A stretch of 64,000 nt of DNA from Eledone cirrhosa (lineage: Eukaryota): assembly GCA_964016885.1 (NCBI GenBank), contig OZ024741.1, forward strand, positions 382,602,001-382,666,000. The letters are read 5' to 3'. Made by a program: the position numbers and the translations under genes. The notes under the pieces are model-generated. The model had not been told where the DNA came from, searched no databases, and was given only the letters and a program-made list of their open reading frames with translations. Each line of letters opens with the position of its first letter. The first letter of the stretch is position 1. Positions 1-10,847 of the stretch are shown piece after piece.

Positions 1-193
1 TATTTTTAACTCTGATACTGGTTCAGTCTAGTTCAACCGGATTGGTCTGTCCCAGTCATTCATTGAGCAACATCGGTGAAGTTGGCACCCTTAACTCACG
101 GTTGGGTGCGGATGCATTCATGTATATGTGTGTGTCCGCATGTATCTGTGTGTTTCTAAATATATTGTTATATATATATATATATATATATAT

Positions 194-693
194 AACGAAG
201 GAAATGTGGTAACGAACCAGGTGGACCAGAATTAGCCGTCGAAACGGCTTGAGCTCAGCCGTCGGGGTCTTACCTGTTCCTATATATATATATATATAGG
301 AAAAAGTATGACCCCGACAGCAGAGCTCAAGCCGTTTCGACGGCTATTTCTGGACTATTTAGTCCAGAAATGGCCGTCGAAACGGCTTGAGCTCTGCCGT
401 CGGGGTCATACTTTTTCCTATTTCCCACTCTACTACCCTAAATATTGAGTACTTTGGTGCGTTATGGTCCATCTGATTCCTTACCACACTTCCTCCTTCG
501 TTATATATATATTTAACAAAGGATTTGTGGTAACCAGATGGACAATAACGCACCAGAATACTCAATACTTAGGTTAGTAGAGTGGGTAATAGGAAAAAGT
601 TTGACCCCGACTGCAGAGCTCAAGCCCTTTCGACGGCTATTTGAAATAGCCGTCGAAACGACTTGAGCTCTGCCGTCGGGGTCAAACTTTTTA
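194..693. mobile_element. Three adjacent copies of a (TA)n-flanked asymmetric mini fold-back element (GCCGTCGAAACGGC family)
   Basis: Copies at ~194-283 (internally deleted), 298-503 and 514-693, separated by (TA)n. The arm GACCCCGACGGCAGAGCTCAAGCCGTTTCGACGGCTATTT occurs with its reverse complement. The same family recurs at 29290, 44670 and 56724. Confidence 0.8.
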
Positions 694-1139
694 CTACACA
701 CATACATATATATATGTATGTGTGTGTGTATGTGCGTGTGTGTATGTGTTTGTGTGTGTCTGTATATATATATTTATGTTTTTGTGAACTAGTGTCTCTT
801 TGTAGTATTTGTTTTTGAGAGAACATTATAACACATGACAGGCGTGTCCTTAACCGCACCTACATACATTTATTATCATAGTGATTGTTCTAATTTCGTT
901 ACTTATTTCTCAACAAACTTGATACTCTCATTGCTAGTATATAGCAAAATTGTAAGATATTGCGCTACCATTGTTATCTATTTAATTGAATAGAAGGATA
1001 TATTAATGCATTCCGAAGTACATACTCGCAGGCCATACAATATAAATATTGAAAACCAAATATGGTATGATTATTTCTAGATTGCAATTATGTGTTTTGC
1101 TTATGTTACAACTAACGACTTTAATTATTTAGTAATCCG

Positions 1140-1367
1140 AGGGCGGTAAATTGGCAGTATCGGTAGAGGGTCGGACGCCATGCATTGCCGCATAGAGTTA
1201 CGGCCTTCTATGATGTGAGTTCAAATCCCGCCGAGGTTAACTTTGTCTTTCATCCTTACGTGGTCGATCAAATAAAGCACGAGCAATGCACGGGGGTCGG
1301 TGTAATCGACTACCCATCTCCCCCAATATGGCTGACCTTGTGCCGAATGTAACAAATAATCATTTAG
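1140..1367 (+). mobile_element. tRNA-derived SINE (Meta/MESC-core-like)
   Basis: A-box-like TGGCAGTATCGG and B-box GAGTTCAAATCC, followed by core CTTTCATCCTTACGTGGTCGATCAAATAAAG. Related copies at 1388, 10694 and 51318. The core-family name is recalled, not searched. Confidence 0.75.
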
Positions 1368-1387
1368 TAACCTCAGCTGGATCTGAT

Positions 1388-1510
1388 CTGAGTTCACATC
1401 CCGCCGAGGCTAACTTTGTCATTCATCCTTACGGTAGTCGATAAAATAAAGCACCAGTAATGCACTGAGATAATTTCTGGCCTTCTGCCAAAGGAAGAAA
1501 CAATTATTTA
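1388..1510 (+). mobile_element. 5'-truncated copy of the same SINE
   Basis: GAGTTCACATCCCGCCGAGGCTAACTTTGTCATTCATCCTTACGG...GTCGATAAAATAAAGCACCAG repeats the 1217-1360 segment. Confidence 0.7.
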
Positions 1511-2782
1511 GTAAGCTGAATTAAGAACGTCATTGAAATATAAGAGTATTTTATACTTGTTATATATGCTTGTTATATATGCTGCCCTTAGTTTAATATG
1601 TGTTTTTATTCACCGATATGTTTACCTCTAACATTAAGGTAGTTTGGTTGTATAGGTTTTTAACTAATAACTATTAATAGAAATCAAAGAAAATGTTCAA
1701 TATTCTGGCATGCACATACTAATAACACATAGTGATATATCATATAAGATAAAGAGAGAGGGGGGCATATCTCATATTCAACATATGCACTAATATGCTA
1801 CAAATACTTTCACTGGGAAACATTATCTCCATGAAAAGTCTACGAAAATACACGAAGAGAATGCATTGTAAGCGTGATCCATCATTACAGCATAGAAATA
1901 GAAATTTAACATTTATAAACTGACTATTAGTTTGGGATTCAGAAGTAGGAGTATGAAAATATAAATTTAACTCACATATCATGTGACAAACTATTAATTG
2001 TTATCATTGAAAATTTGATAGTTAACAATACGTCACCATATAAAATCTGCTAACAGCTTATTTACGATTGGACAATCTAATGTGGCATCATTCATGTTCC
2101 TTAGCTTGATTGCAGAAATATCTGCCAGCTATATGTTGCATCTTGCGTAACTGGAAAGAAACTCTCACATTCACTCTAAAACTTGTGAATTGCTTTGCTA
2201 AATCACGCGTTATCCTTGCGTATCGTACGTTCTAATATTCTCTCTCATTCAAATATTATAACATATGATACCGAAGCTCATACATGAACGGTGAATGACA
2301 GACGTTGTTCCATTCATTTCTGTAGAATATATTCATGTGTATAGAATTTACACTCAATAGTGTGTATCAAACTAATATGAAAGACAGCGCATCTTTTCCT
2401 AAATATAATGAGATTGGAACGAAGGATGAGTAGCTGGATCGTATCTGATTTGAAAGATGTTACTGCATCAAAAACACCATATGTCCATTCACTTATCTAT
2501 AGACACTTAATACAGATAGAGTCGTAGTAGGGTCGTCGTTACCTCAGCACTTATAATTCACGGAGGGCAGCCCTTTCGAGATCTGATCTCGATTAATTTC
2601 GTCCTGGGGAAGAAGAGAAATAAGTTCACGTTGGTGATGTTTGAACGTAAAACTCAGTAAGCCGAAACAAATACGTTAAATAATTCATATGACATGTCAG
2701 TGACTCTGTCATTTTCAGCCGGTTTTCTTTATAAACTATTATTACTTTAATCAGATCCGAAATAAAACTTAGAAGAAATACT

Positions 2783-2826
2783 TTCTTCTTCTTCTTCTTC
2801 TTCTTATTATTATTATTATTATTATT
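2783..2826 (+). repeat. (TTC)n(TTA)n microsatellite at the 5' junction of the Tx1 element
   Basis: Read directly from the sequence. Confidence 0.9.
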
Positions 2827-3042
2827 GAATGCCATGGTTGACAGAGGCTCGGCTCTGTAAGGTATAGTAATTTTTAACCGTTAAAACAATTGTAAATTGT
2901 TTAAAACTTGAACCAAATTGTTGATAAAGACACCCTCCTCCTCGTGAGAGGGGTCTTTCTGTCCGTTATTTGGCCCTTCGGGGTTAAATAACCAGTTATT
3001 GGGGTTTTGTACCCAAAATTTCATTTTAAACAAAAAAACAAC

Positions 3043-5138
3043 ATGGCTACGAAAAAGAAATTTCATACGTCACTCCCACTCATTCCGTCTTCTTCTTCCT
3101 CAATCATCACTACAGCAGAGAGAAGATTGTCTCTCTCCCTCCCTTCTTTAAATGTGTCTCTCTCCCTCCCTTCTCTTTCGCAAGTGACGAAAGAAAAGAG
3201 AAGTCTCGTGCAAAGCGTGCAAGGTTTCTCCACGACGACGACGACAGCGACGAAACAGGTGTGCGGGAAATACGAAAACCCAGTTCATTCGTCTGACGTC
3301 AGGAATAATAGCAGTAGCAGCCGTAATAACAACAGCAACAGTGACAATGAAAACAACAGTAGCAGCCGCAACAGCATCACCAGCAGCATAAACAACAACA
3401 GCATTAGCAGCAGCAACACCAACAACAACCACAGCAACAGCGGCGGAGGCAGTAGTCGTAGTGCCTGCAGCAACAACAAAAGTACCAGCAGCTCTGACGA
3501 CAACAACAACAGCAGAGAAAAACCAATCTCAATTGCAGGTATTGCGAAAAACTTGGAAACAATCCTCATAACAAATGAGAAATTAGAGGAAGCGAAGAAG
3601 AAGGTGACAAAGAACGGACACCGAGCAATCTGCAAGGCAGCGGAAAAATGTTTCGAAACCCAAGAGCACTGTACGGTCACGTATCGTACAGTAAGTACAA
3701 AATCCCGTAGGATGGAAAGAGCCACAGAGGTCTAAATACAAAAAGCCTTGGGGTCTGTGTGGCAGCGGAAAACGCACATCACCCGAGGCAAAAAATATGC
3801 CACCGTAGACGTACTTTTTGCCACACCCCAGGAGGCAAAGGCCCAATCAGTAGTGACCCTAAGGAGCGAGGAAATGGTGTTGGTGCCCTCCTACTGCGGG
3901 CAAAAAATTGTGAGGGTCAAACTGACCCACGTCCCCCCGGAATGACCCCTTCTTGGCTGGCTGCGTCTGTCCTCGTCGGAATCGAGGACAAAACAACTGT
4001 ACTGCAAGTACAGAAAAAAGTAAGAGAAGATTGGATCGGCTCCTCCATTGAAATGCTAATCCAAACCAACCAGGAGTGCATCGAAGCTATCCCGGATGTG
4101 ATAGACTTCGATAACGGCACTCAACTGCCCATAAGTGTTGAGGGTAAACGCCCGAAATGCTTTCGCTGTGGATCGAAGACTCACCTCAGGGCCTTCTGCA
4201 ACGAGAAGACCCTGAGAAAGGAGAAAACCCCCCTCCTTCCGAATCCGGCTCCACGACTACCAGCAACAGGACAAGCGGCAACCAGGAACGATAGGCCCGT
4301 GGCACCCATACCCACTCCACGGAAATCAAAAACAGCAGCAGCAGTGGAAATATTAACAACAACAACAGCAATACCAAATGCAGCTGCAACAGAGACTCCA
4401 GTGCAAACATCACCAACAACAACAAGTGAAAGAGTGGAGCTGGTACCCCTCCCCGACCTCACAGAATCAGACATGGAGTGTGAGGTGGGAGAGGGATGGC
4501 AAAAGGTCGTAAGAAGGCACAAACGCAGAAGCAGCGCATCGTCGCCTTTGAAAAGGGAGGAAAGAAATGAGAAAAGGGTAAAGTCTACTGCAAAGAGACC
4601 CACAGCAGCAACAACACCAACACCATCACCACCCACACTAGCACCACCATCACCACCGGCGACAACCCCACCGCCAACAACACCTTCAACACCACCACCA
4701 CAAGCACCAACATCGCAAACACAACAACAAAACACACACACCCAGCAACAACGACAAGAAAATAGCAGAACCACACCCCACCCCCAGAAAAACAAATGCA
4801 CGGCAATAAATACACACAACAAGAAACTAATGACTTACATAATTGAACACACAGACATTTCACAACACGACTACATAATACCAGCACCAATCAAAACGCC
4901 AACTAACATAAGACTGCTAAAAATAACACAGAAACAATACACAAACATTAAAACGAAATTCCCCAACGCAGTTGGTGATTTCAGGGACCTAGGAGGAACC
5001 ATCAATCGAAGAGTATACTCAGACATTCTCTTAGAAGAGCCGACGACCAGCCGAAGGGACGATTCAACGGTCCCTTCACCAGACGATCAAGTGAAAAGGG
5101 ATGTAAAAACCATCCCTCCTCTACCAAAAGTACGGTAA
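3043..5138 (+). CDS. Tx1 ORF1 (gag-like nucleic-acid-binding protein), interrupted by an in-frame TAA (3733-3735) and a -1 frame change at ~3942-3945
   Basis: ORFs 3007..3735 and 3748..3945 share one frame and 3759..5138 continues in the -1 frame. CCHC knuckle CFRCGSKTHLRAFC, S/N-rich N-terminus and T/P-rich C-terminus. Confidence 0.75.
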
Positions 5139-5173
5139 GTGGTCTTTCCCATCTTTTCCACTCTATTTTAAAC

Positions 5174-8100
5174 ATGACCTCACTCAGAATAGGCAGCATA
5201 AATGCGCGTGGCTTGGGGTCGTCATGGAAGCAGGGTCACCTGCTCAACGACCTCAGGTCACTAAACATAGATGTAGTGGCCATCAGCGAGACCAGAATCT
5301 CCGAAGCACGGGCCTTCGCACCGATCTTCGGCGGCTACGATGTGTACGCATCTCCCAGCCGTCCTAGATCCGGTGGAGGAGTTGCTGTGCTTTTTCGGAG
5401 ATGTTTGGATCTCGCCATACGGGCCATCTTCCTGGACCCAGAGGGTAAGCTGGTGGTGCTGGACGTGACCAGCGGAGACGGGCAAGCTTTCAGGCTAGTG
5501 GCCGTCTATGCCCCGACAGGAGCAGGACGGCCTGATTTCTTCCGGCGTCTGGAGACCTTTCTTGGAACGTCCCGCTCTTTAGTGTTAGTGGGCGACTGGA
5601 ACGGGATCTTAGATGCACGCTGGGACTGTGTGGGATTAGCGGATAGGGGAGGAGGGTGCAAGAGCCTCACCAACCTGCTCAGGCGTTTTGAACTGTCTGA
5701 CAGGTACCGATTGGATTTCCCGAATGTGCCAACGTGGACTTGGACAAACCGCATAGGGTCATCCAGATCATATCTAGATAGAGTATTTTGTAGGGAAATA
5801 GATATGTCTAGCATAGGCTGTCCACAATTCAAGATAGTCAGCTACACGGACCACAAATTCGTGACCTGTGTGCTTGACTTAGATAGGCTTCATAGACGAG
5901 GACCCGGCTACTGGAAGCTAAACGCGTCCTTACCAGCGCGCAAGGCCTACAGAGACCGGATTAGCGAACTAGTTAAGCGGGCGTTGACGGGGGCCATCGT
6001 CAACAACAAGTGGTGGTTTGCTCTGAAAAGAGCGATTAGAATAGAATCGATTAGGTTTAGTAAGGCTTTAGCAATAGAGAAAAATAGAGCAGAGGGAGAA
6101 CTAGTTAGAAAATTAGACGAGGCGCTTAGCAAAGGCATTGCGACCGACGTGCTTGCGGCGAAATTGGCCCTTGACCAATTCTTCAATGCAAAGTACGAAG
6201 GCTGCGTTGTCAGAGCTAGGGTGCGTGCTCTCAGACACGAGGGGACGAAAGCCGTTCAATGGGCCCGAGTGGCGGAGGCGCGTCGTGGCAACAAAGCCAC
6301 GATCCGGTCTTTGGTGGACCACGACGGGCGCATGCTACTCGATCCCGGGCAAATGTGTGAAGCTTTTCAGCGACACTTCGCTCAGCTGTTCGGGGGCAGC
6401 GGGGGGCCGGGTAGAGGGATGGACTTTAGTGTCTACCTCGACGGACTGCCGCGGCTCTCGGCCACTGAGGCGAAGTGTTGCGAAAAGCCGATAACAGCCG
6501 CTGAAGTAAGGGAGGCAATGACTGGCTGCACAAGGGGTAAATCGCCTGGTTTGGATGGTCTGCCCTATGAACTTTACGTACAGATGCCAGACTTGTTCGG
6601 AGGCCTCTTGGCGGACGTCTACTGCAACTGGCAACAGAACGGGAGAATTCCCAGTTCTGTGAGCCGAGGAGCGGTGGCACTGCTGAGAAAGGATCCGAAC
6701 AAGGGGGATAACATAGACAATTTCCGGCCCATAACTCTGCTAAACACAGAGTTCAAGATTTTGGCCAAGGTGCTAGCAAAGAGGTTGGCGCTTGTCGTTG
6801 GTGGTCTGGTGGGAGAGGCTCAGACATGCGCCATTCCCGACAGATCCATCCACGACAACCTCCACCTCATGCGATACATCATAGAGAGGGTAGCTAAGGA
6901 ATCTGGCACGGGTGGGTCCTTGATCAATTTAGATCAGTCGAAAGCTTTCGATAGGGTCGACCATCGTTACCTAGCGGCAGTCTTGAGGGCGGCTGGCTAT
7001 GGGCCCGTCTTCAGAGGCTGGATCGCTGCCATGCACAGCAACATCTGCTCTGTGGTGAGAGTGAACGGTCACCTGTCGGAACCGTTCAACATCATGCTCT
7101 CCGTCCGCCAAGGATGTCCCCTCTCGTCCCTCTTGTACGTATTGACTCTCGAGCCATTACTGCACAAACTGGAGGCGTTGAGGGGAGTCCCGCGCGAACT
7201 AGGATGCGGAAGTTCCGTGTCAGCATATGCGGACGATGTCACCGTAGTGGTGTCGAACGCCAAACACATCGAGGCGATCGGCACTACACTAAGAGAATAC
7301 GAAGCGGTGACAGGAGCAATGATCAACCAGGAAAAGTCGGTGGGCCTGCAGCTCGGCACCTGGAGAGGCAGGTCCATGCCATCCAACAGCGTCGTCGGGC
7401 GCTGGACGGACGGACCGGTTAAATTGCGAGGGGTCTGGTTCGGTCCGGACCTCCAGACGGACAAAAAAAGGGACGAGGTGACGAGCAGGGTGGCTTCTCT
7501 CACCCAGAAATGGGCGGAGAGGAAGCTATCCCTGAAAGGTCGAACGGAGGTGGCTAACGCGTACATCGCGTCTGTCATCTGCTACCGCCTAACCGTCGTA
7601 CCTTGTCCTAAGCCTCGCCTGACTGCGCTGGAGCGTTTGCTCTTTCGCTTTTTGTGGAAGGGACGTGCTCCGATGGTCAGGCGGTCCATCTGCTGTCAAC
7701 ACCCGCTACGTGGAGGGCTGGGCATGCCGTGGCTGATGATGCGCAGACACGCGCTCAGGCTACGACATCTCCACCTCTTCCTCGACGGTGATCAGGTGTG
7801 GTCGCCGTTTGCTAGACAAGTTTTTCCCCAGCTCGTCTCCTTGACGGAACTGCAGTCCTGGGTCAAGCGAAGATCGAGAGGGAGCGCTTGGAGGCTGGAA
7901 TGTCTTCAGGCGCTCACAGCCCTCGACCAATCGGGCAATGTGATCGGTGGAAACTCCACCTTGGCGTTCTATAGGGGATTAGTGAAGGGAAAGAGCGACG
8001 ACGTACTTGGAGAAACTCTAGGCGTCGATGAAAATCAACTAGCCAATCTCTTCGGAAGGACTTTCGGGCCGGGGCCTATGGACAACTTCCAGAAATCCCT

Positions 8101-8593
8101 GGCCTGGCAGTGCTACCGAGGAGCTTTGCCAGTTCGGGATAAACTCTACAGGCATGGAGGTGCCGTCAGCCGGGCATGTCCAAGATGCGCACAGGGCGAC
8201 GAAACCGTCCTGCACACACTCGTCCAGTGTCCGAGCATTACTGACTTGTGGGTTTATGTCGAGCACCTGCTGTCACGTGTAGGACGGATCCACCTATCAG
8301 CTGAGTCCATCGTGAGGATTGCCCAGCCCCCTTCCTTTAGCCGGGAAGGGCAGGCAGTTTTTATCTGTCTGGTGGCCATGGCGAAAGAGATAGTATGGTG
8401 GACACGTTTGAAAGGGCTGAAGACGAGCACTTACCTCTTCGGTGATGCTCTGATTAACTTTTTCAAATTTCATTTGAAAAGGAAAATCAGGGTAGAGAGG
8501 GAAGTGCTCTCTTCCCAGCATTTTGTTGAAAGATGGGTGAGAGAAGCAAGTATGGCCCGAATGAATGGGCCTTCTCTGAGTATGTGTCTGTAA
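5174..8593 (+). CDS. Tx1 ORF2: APE endonuclease + reverse transcriptase + C-terminal zinc finger (zf-RVT-like), intact 1139 aa
   Basis: APE motifs SINARGL, AISET, VGDWN, YLDR, TDHK. RT motifs KSPGLDG, NFRPITLL, LDQSKAFDRVDH, QGCPLS, YADD. Zinc finger CPRCAQGDETVLHTLVQC. Confidence 0.95.
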   Translation: MTSLRIGSINARGLGSSWKQGHLLNDLRSLNIDVVAISETRISEARAFAPIFGGYDVYASPSRPRSGGGVAVLFRRCLDLAIRAIFLDPEGKLVVLDVTSGDGQAFRLVAVYAPTGAGRPDFFRRLETFLGTSRSLVLVGDWNGILDARWDCVGLADRGGGCKSLTNLLRRFELSDRYRLDFPNVPTWTWTNRIGSSRSYLDRVFCREIDMSSIGCPQFKIVSYTDHKFVTCVLDLDRLHRRGPGYWKLNASLPARKAYRDRISELVKRALTGAIVNNKWWFALKRAIRIESIRFSKALAIEKNRAEGELVRKLDEALSKGIATDVLAAKLALDQFFNAKYEGCVVRARVRALRHEGTKAVQWARVAEARRGNKATIRSLVDHDGRMLLDPGQMCEAFQRHFAQLFGGSGGPGRGMDFSVYLDGLPRLSATEAKCCEKPITAAEVREAMTGCTRGKSPGLDGLPYELYVQMPDLFGGLLADVYCNWQQNGRIPSSVSRGAVALLRKDPNKGDNIDNFRPITLLNTEFKILAKVLAKRLALVVGGLVGEAQTCAIPDRSIHDNLHLMRYIIERVAKESGTGGSLINLDQSKAFDRVDHRYLAAVLRAAGYGPVFRGWIAAMHSNICSVVRVNGHLSEPFNIMLSVRQGCPLSSLLYVLTLEPLLHKLEALRGVPRELGCGSSVSAYADDVTVVVSNAKHIEAIGTTLREYEAVTGAMINQEKSVGLQLGTWRGRSMPSNSVVGRWTDGPVKLRGVWFGPDLQTDKKRDEVTSRVASLTQKWAERKLSLKGRTEVANAYIASVICYRLTVVPCPKPRLTALERLLFRFLWKGRAPMVRRSICCQHPLRGGLGMPWLMMRRHALRLRHLHLFLDGDQVWSPFARQVFPQLVSLTELQSWVKRRSRGSAWRLECLQALTALDQSGNVIGGNSTLAFYRGLVKGKSDDVLGETLGVDENQLANLFGRTFGPGPMDNFQKSLAWQCYRGALPVRDKLYRHGGAVSRACPRCAQGDETVLHTLVQCPSITDLWVYVEHLLSRVGRIHLSAESIVRIAQPPSFSREGQAVFICLVAMAKEIVWWTRLKGLKTSTYLFGDALINFFKFHLKRKIRVEREVLSSQHFVERWVREASMARMNGPSLSMCL

Positions 8594-8835
8594 ATTAAAG
8601 GTGGAAAACTGGGAGAGGGCACTTGCCCTGGTGGTCAGGGCCACTGTGGTCTTTTAATGGGCTTTCTCCACAGATGTCCCTCGGAAGTCTCCCCCCTATT
8701 GTGGAATTTTTCTTTGTTATTTTATTTCAACCTCTGTTTTTTTACACGCAGAAATGCCCATTTGTACCGTCCTGTATTGTCCTATACTGTCCTTAATGTC
8801 TACTTTATGTGAACCCTTGTGGTTAATAAAGAAAA

Positions 8836-8866
<31 letters not shown>

Positions 8867-8868
<2 letters not shown>

Positions 8869-9765
8869 AGTTGCATTTATCTTGCTTTATGTTCATACGA
8901 GTTATCACCAAGTCACAACCAGTGACCTCAAGAGACAACAAGGTCCGCCATGTTCAAGAAAGAACATACATATTCACACATGCATCTTTAGTGTTTAGAC
9001 TTGTGATGTACTTATATTGACAGAATCTTCCTTAGTATATGGGCAGTTCCCATTAGTACTATCTTTTGTATTTCTCCTATACGCGGGTTTCCTGGGATTT
9101 GCGATAAGTAGTCGTTCGACCCCTTAGGTATCATTCCCAGAGCGCCTACAACCACTGGTATTGTTTTAGTTCTCAATTTCCACATTTTTCCAATTCCTAT
9201 CTCCAGGTCCTTATACTTGCTCAATTTTTCAAATGTTTTTATAGATACATTCTTGTCTATTGGAACAGACATATCAATTAGCAGGCATACCCTCCTTTGA
9301 AAGTCCTTCAATATTATATCAGGTCTATTTGCATCTATCTTTCGGTCTGTTTGGATGCTAAAGTTCCACAAGATTGAGATGTGATCTTTTTCAAGTATGG
9401 GAGGTGGTTGATGCTCCCACCAATTCTTTTGGTGGGAGCATCTTTTGGATATTATGTTGGCTTGGTAATTTTTTGTTGGCAGACACTGATCTTGTGCTGA
9501 TATAATCAGTCCTTCAGTCTCCGATTTCAGTCCAGAGGATGCCAACCACTGATGGGTTAAAGTTTTGTCAACATCAGGATTGTTAGCTCGCTCTGGGTAT
9601 TTTCCATACAGAGGCTTTTCTTGCCATTTCTTAGCCAGTTTCTGTAGCAGTTCTTTCTTTGCAGTTACTTTTACATGCTTTGGTTTTTCTGCGTTTTCCA
9701 TTTCAGCAGTAAATAGGACTTCTGAAATGTTTAGTCCATTACTGTATCTTTGTGCATTCTCTGTA
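8867..9765 (-). mobile_element. 5'-truncated, internally deleted R4/Dong-like RLE retrotransposon (family distinct from the 10.8-15.3 kb copies)
   Basis: KPLYGKY, WLASSGLKSETEGLIISAQDQ, RPDIILKD...LIDMSVP, KLSKYKDL, IPVVVGALG. The CCHC/RHD segment is missing. Its 3' end abuts the Tx1 (TTA)n tail. Confidence 0.85.
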
Positions 9766-10690
9766 TTCTCTGGCCTCCTGTGGTGTTTCAAAGAACATGT
9801 CCACGGTTCCATATTTCTGCCGACGTCTGATGTGGTTTTTTTTTGCCCACACATTTCCCAAAGCATTTGGGATTTAGGACTCGGATGGCCGTTCCACGCG
9901 GCGCGATTTTATATTAATTGTCCTATAAGAGACGGTGCATAGGGGCCGATGCTCCATTTTATTAGGGGGGGGGGGGCTGACCCTGTACCCATCTTACTTT
10001 ACCATTTCTTTAACTTCTTCTAATTCCTCCTGAGTTACCTGGAATGCTTGGCACTGTTTTGCTACTCTGGCAAAACTCAGGGTGGTTTTCTTAATTTCAT
10101 TGTTGCTGTTGTTGTTATCGTTATTTTTGTTATTGTTAATTTTAGTTTCAGTTGTAGTGGTGGTGGCGTCAGTGGTGTTCGGTGTGGAAGAGTTCATTTT
10201 GGTTGAATTCATTTCGATATCACGAGTTAATTTACTTTTTTTTTTGTTTCTGTTGTCGCTGTGGTGGTGGTGGGGGTGGCGGCTTTAACACCTGCAGTCA
10301 TTGGTAATGGCGGGAAATGAATGTTTGCCTGAGACATATTTAAAATATTGCTACTGCTTATATTTTTAGCGTTGGCAAATGTAGTAATATTTACAATGGT
10401 GGTGTCGGTGTGAGGTGTTAGTTGGTGAGGAAGCCTCTCAGCTATTGGGTTCAGCTGTGAGTCGGCCATGATTTTTCAAAGACATTTTCTTTTGTTTGAT
10501 AATTATAAAAAGTTTAAATTTTGGGCTCAAGGCCCTAATATTTTTGAGTGTCCTTTTCAGAAATCAATGTATGTGCAGTTATATACTGTTAACAACAAAG
10601 ATTTTCCCTAAATGGTCATTTTAGACAACTGAAAATAACAAAGATTTGCGGAGCTCACGATAATACGATTTACTACGTAGATCGCCAATA
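9766..10690 (-). mobile_element. 5' portion (5'UTR + ORF1 N-half) of a second, diverged Tx1 family
   Basis: Translation CTVSYRTINIKSRRVERPSES*IPNALGNVWAKKNHIRRRQKYGTVDMFFETPQEA aligns gap-free with Tx1 ORF1 at ~3670-3837. LSFARVAK...EELEEVKEMV resembles ISIAGIAK...EKLEEAKKKV. The 5' end abuts a short (ATT) run. Confidence 0.8.
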
Positions 10691-10693
10691 ATA

Positions 10694-10803
10694 ATTGTTT
10701 CTACTTTTAGGCACAAGGCCAGCAATTACCCAGTTCATTACTGGTACTTTATTTTATTGACCCCGTAAGGATGAAAGACAAAGTCAACCTCGGCGGGATT
10801 TGA
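10694..10803 (-). mobile_element. SINE fragment (same family as 1140)
   Basis: The reverse complement reads TTCAAATCCCGCCGAGGTTGACTTTGTCTTTCATCCTTACGGGGTCAATAAAATAAAGTACCAG. Confidence 0.75.
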
Positions 10804-10847
10804 AAATAATATTAATAATAATAATAATAATAATAATTATTATTATT

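Larger units (their letters stand above)
2827..8866 (+). mobile_element. Full-length Tx1/L1-clade non-LTR retrotransposon inserted in (TTA)n
   Basis: 5'UTR, ORF1 region, APE-RT ORF2, ~245-nt 3'UTR ending AATAAAGAAAACA then (TTA)n at ~8838-8866. (TTA)n also flanks the 5' end. Confidence 0.92.

Noticed and set aside
194-693. CRISPR-like array of palindromic repeats
   Set aside because: There are no unique regular spacers and no cas genes. The units are inverted arms in a eukaryotic repeat context.
5261-8644. Numerous antisense and alternate-frame ORFs over Tx1 ORF2
   Set aside because: These are expected shadows of a GC-richer coding sequence and have no independent motifs.
9012-9866. 284-aa ORF as a single gene
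   Set aside because: It is chimeric: the N-terminus is out-of-frame Tx1 ORF1 sequence and the rest is a deleted RLE element.
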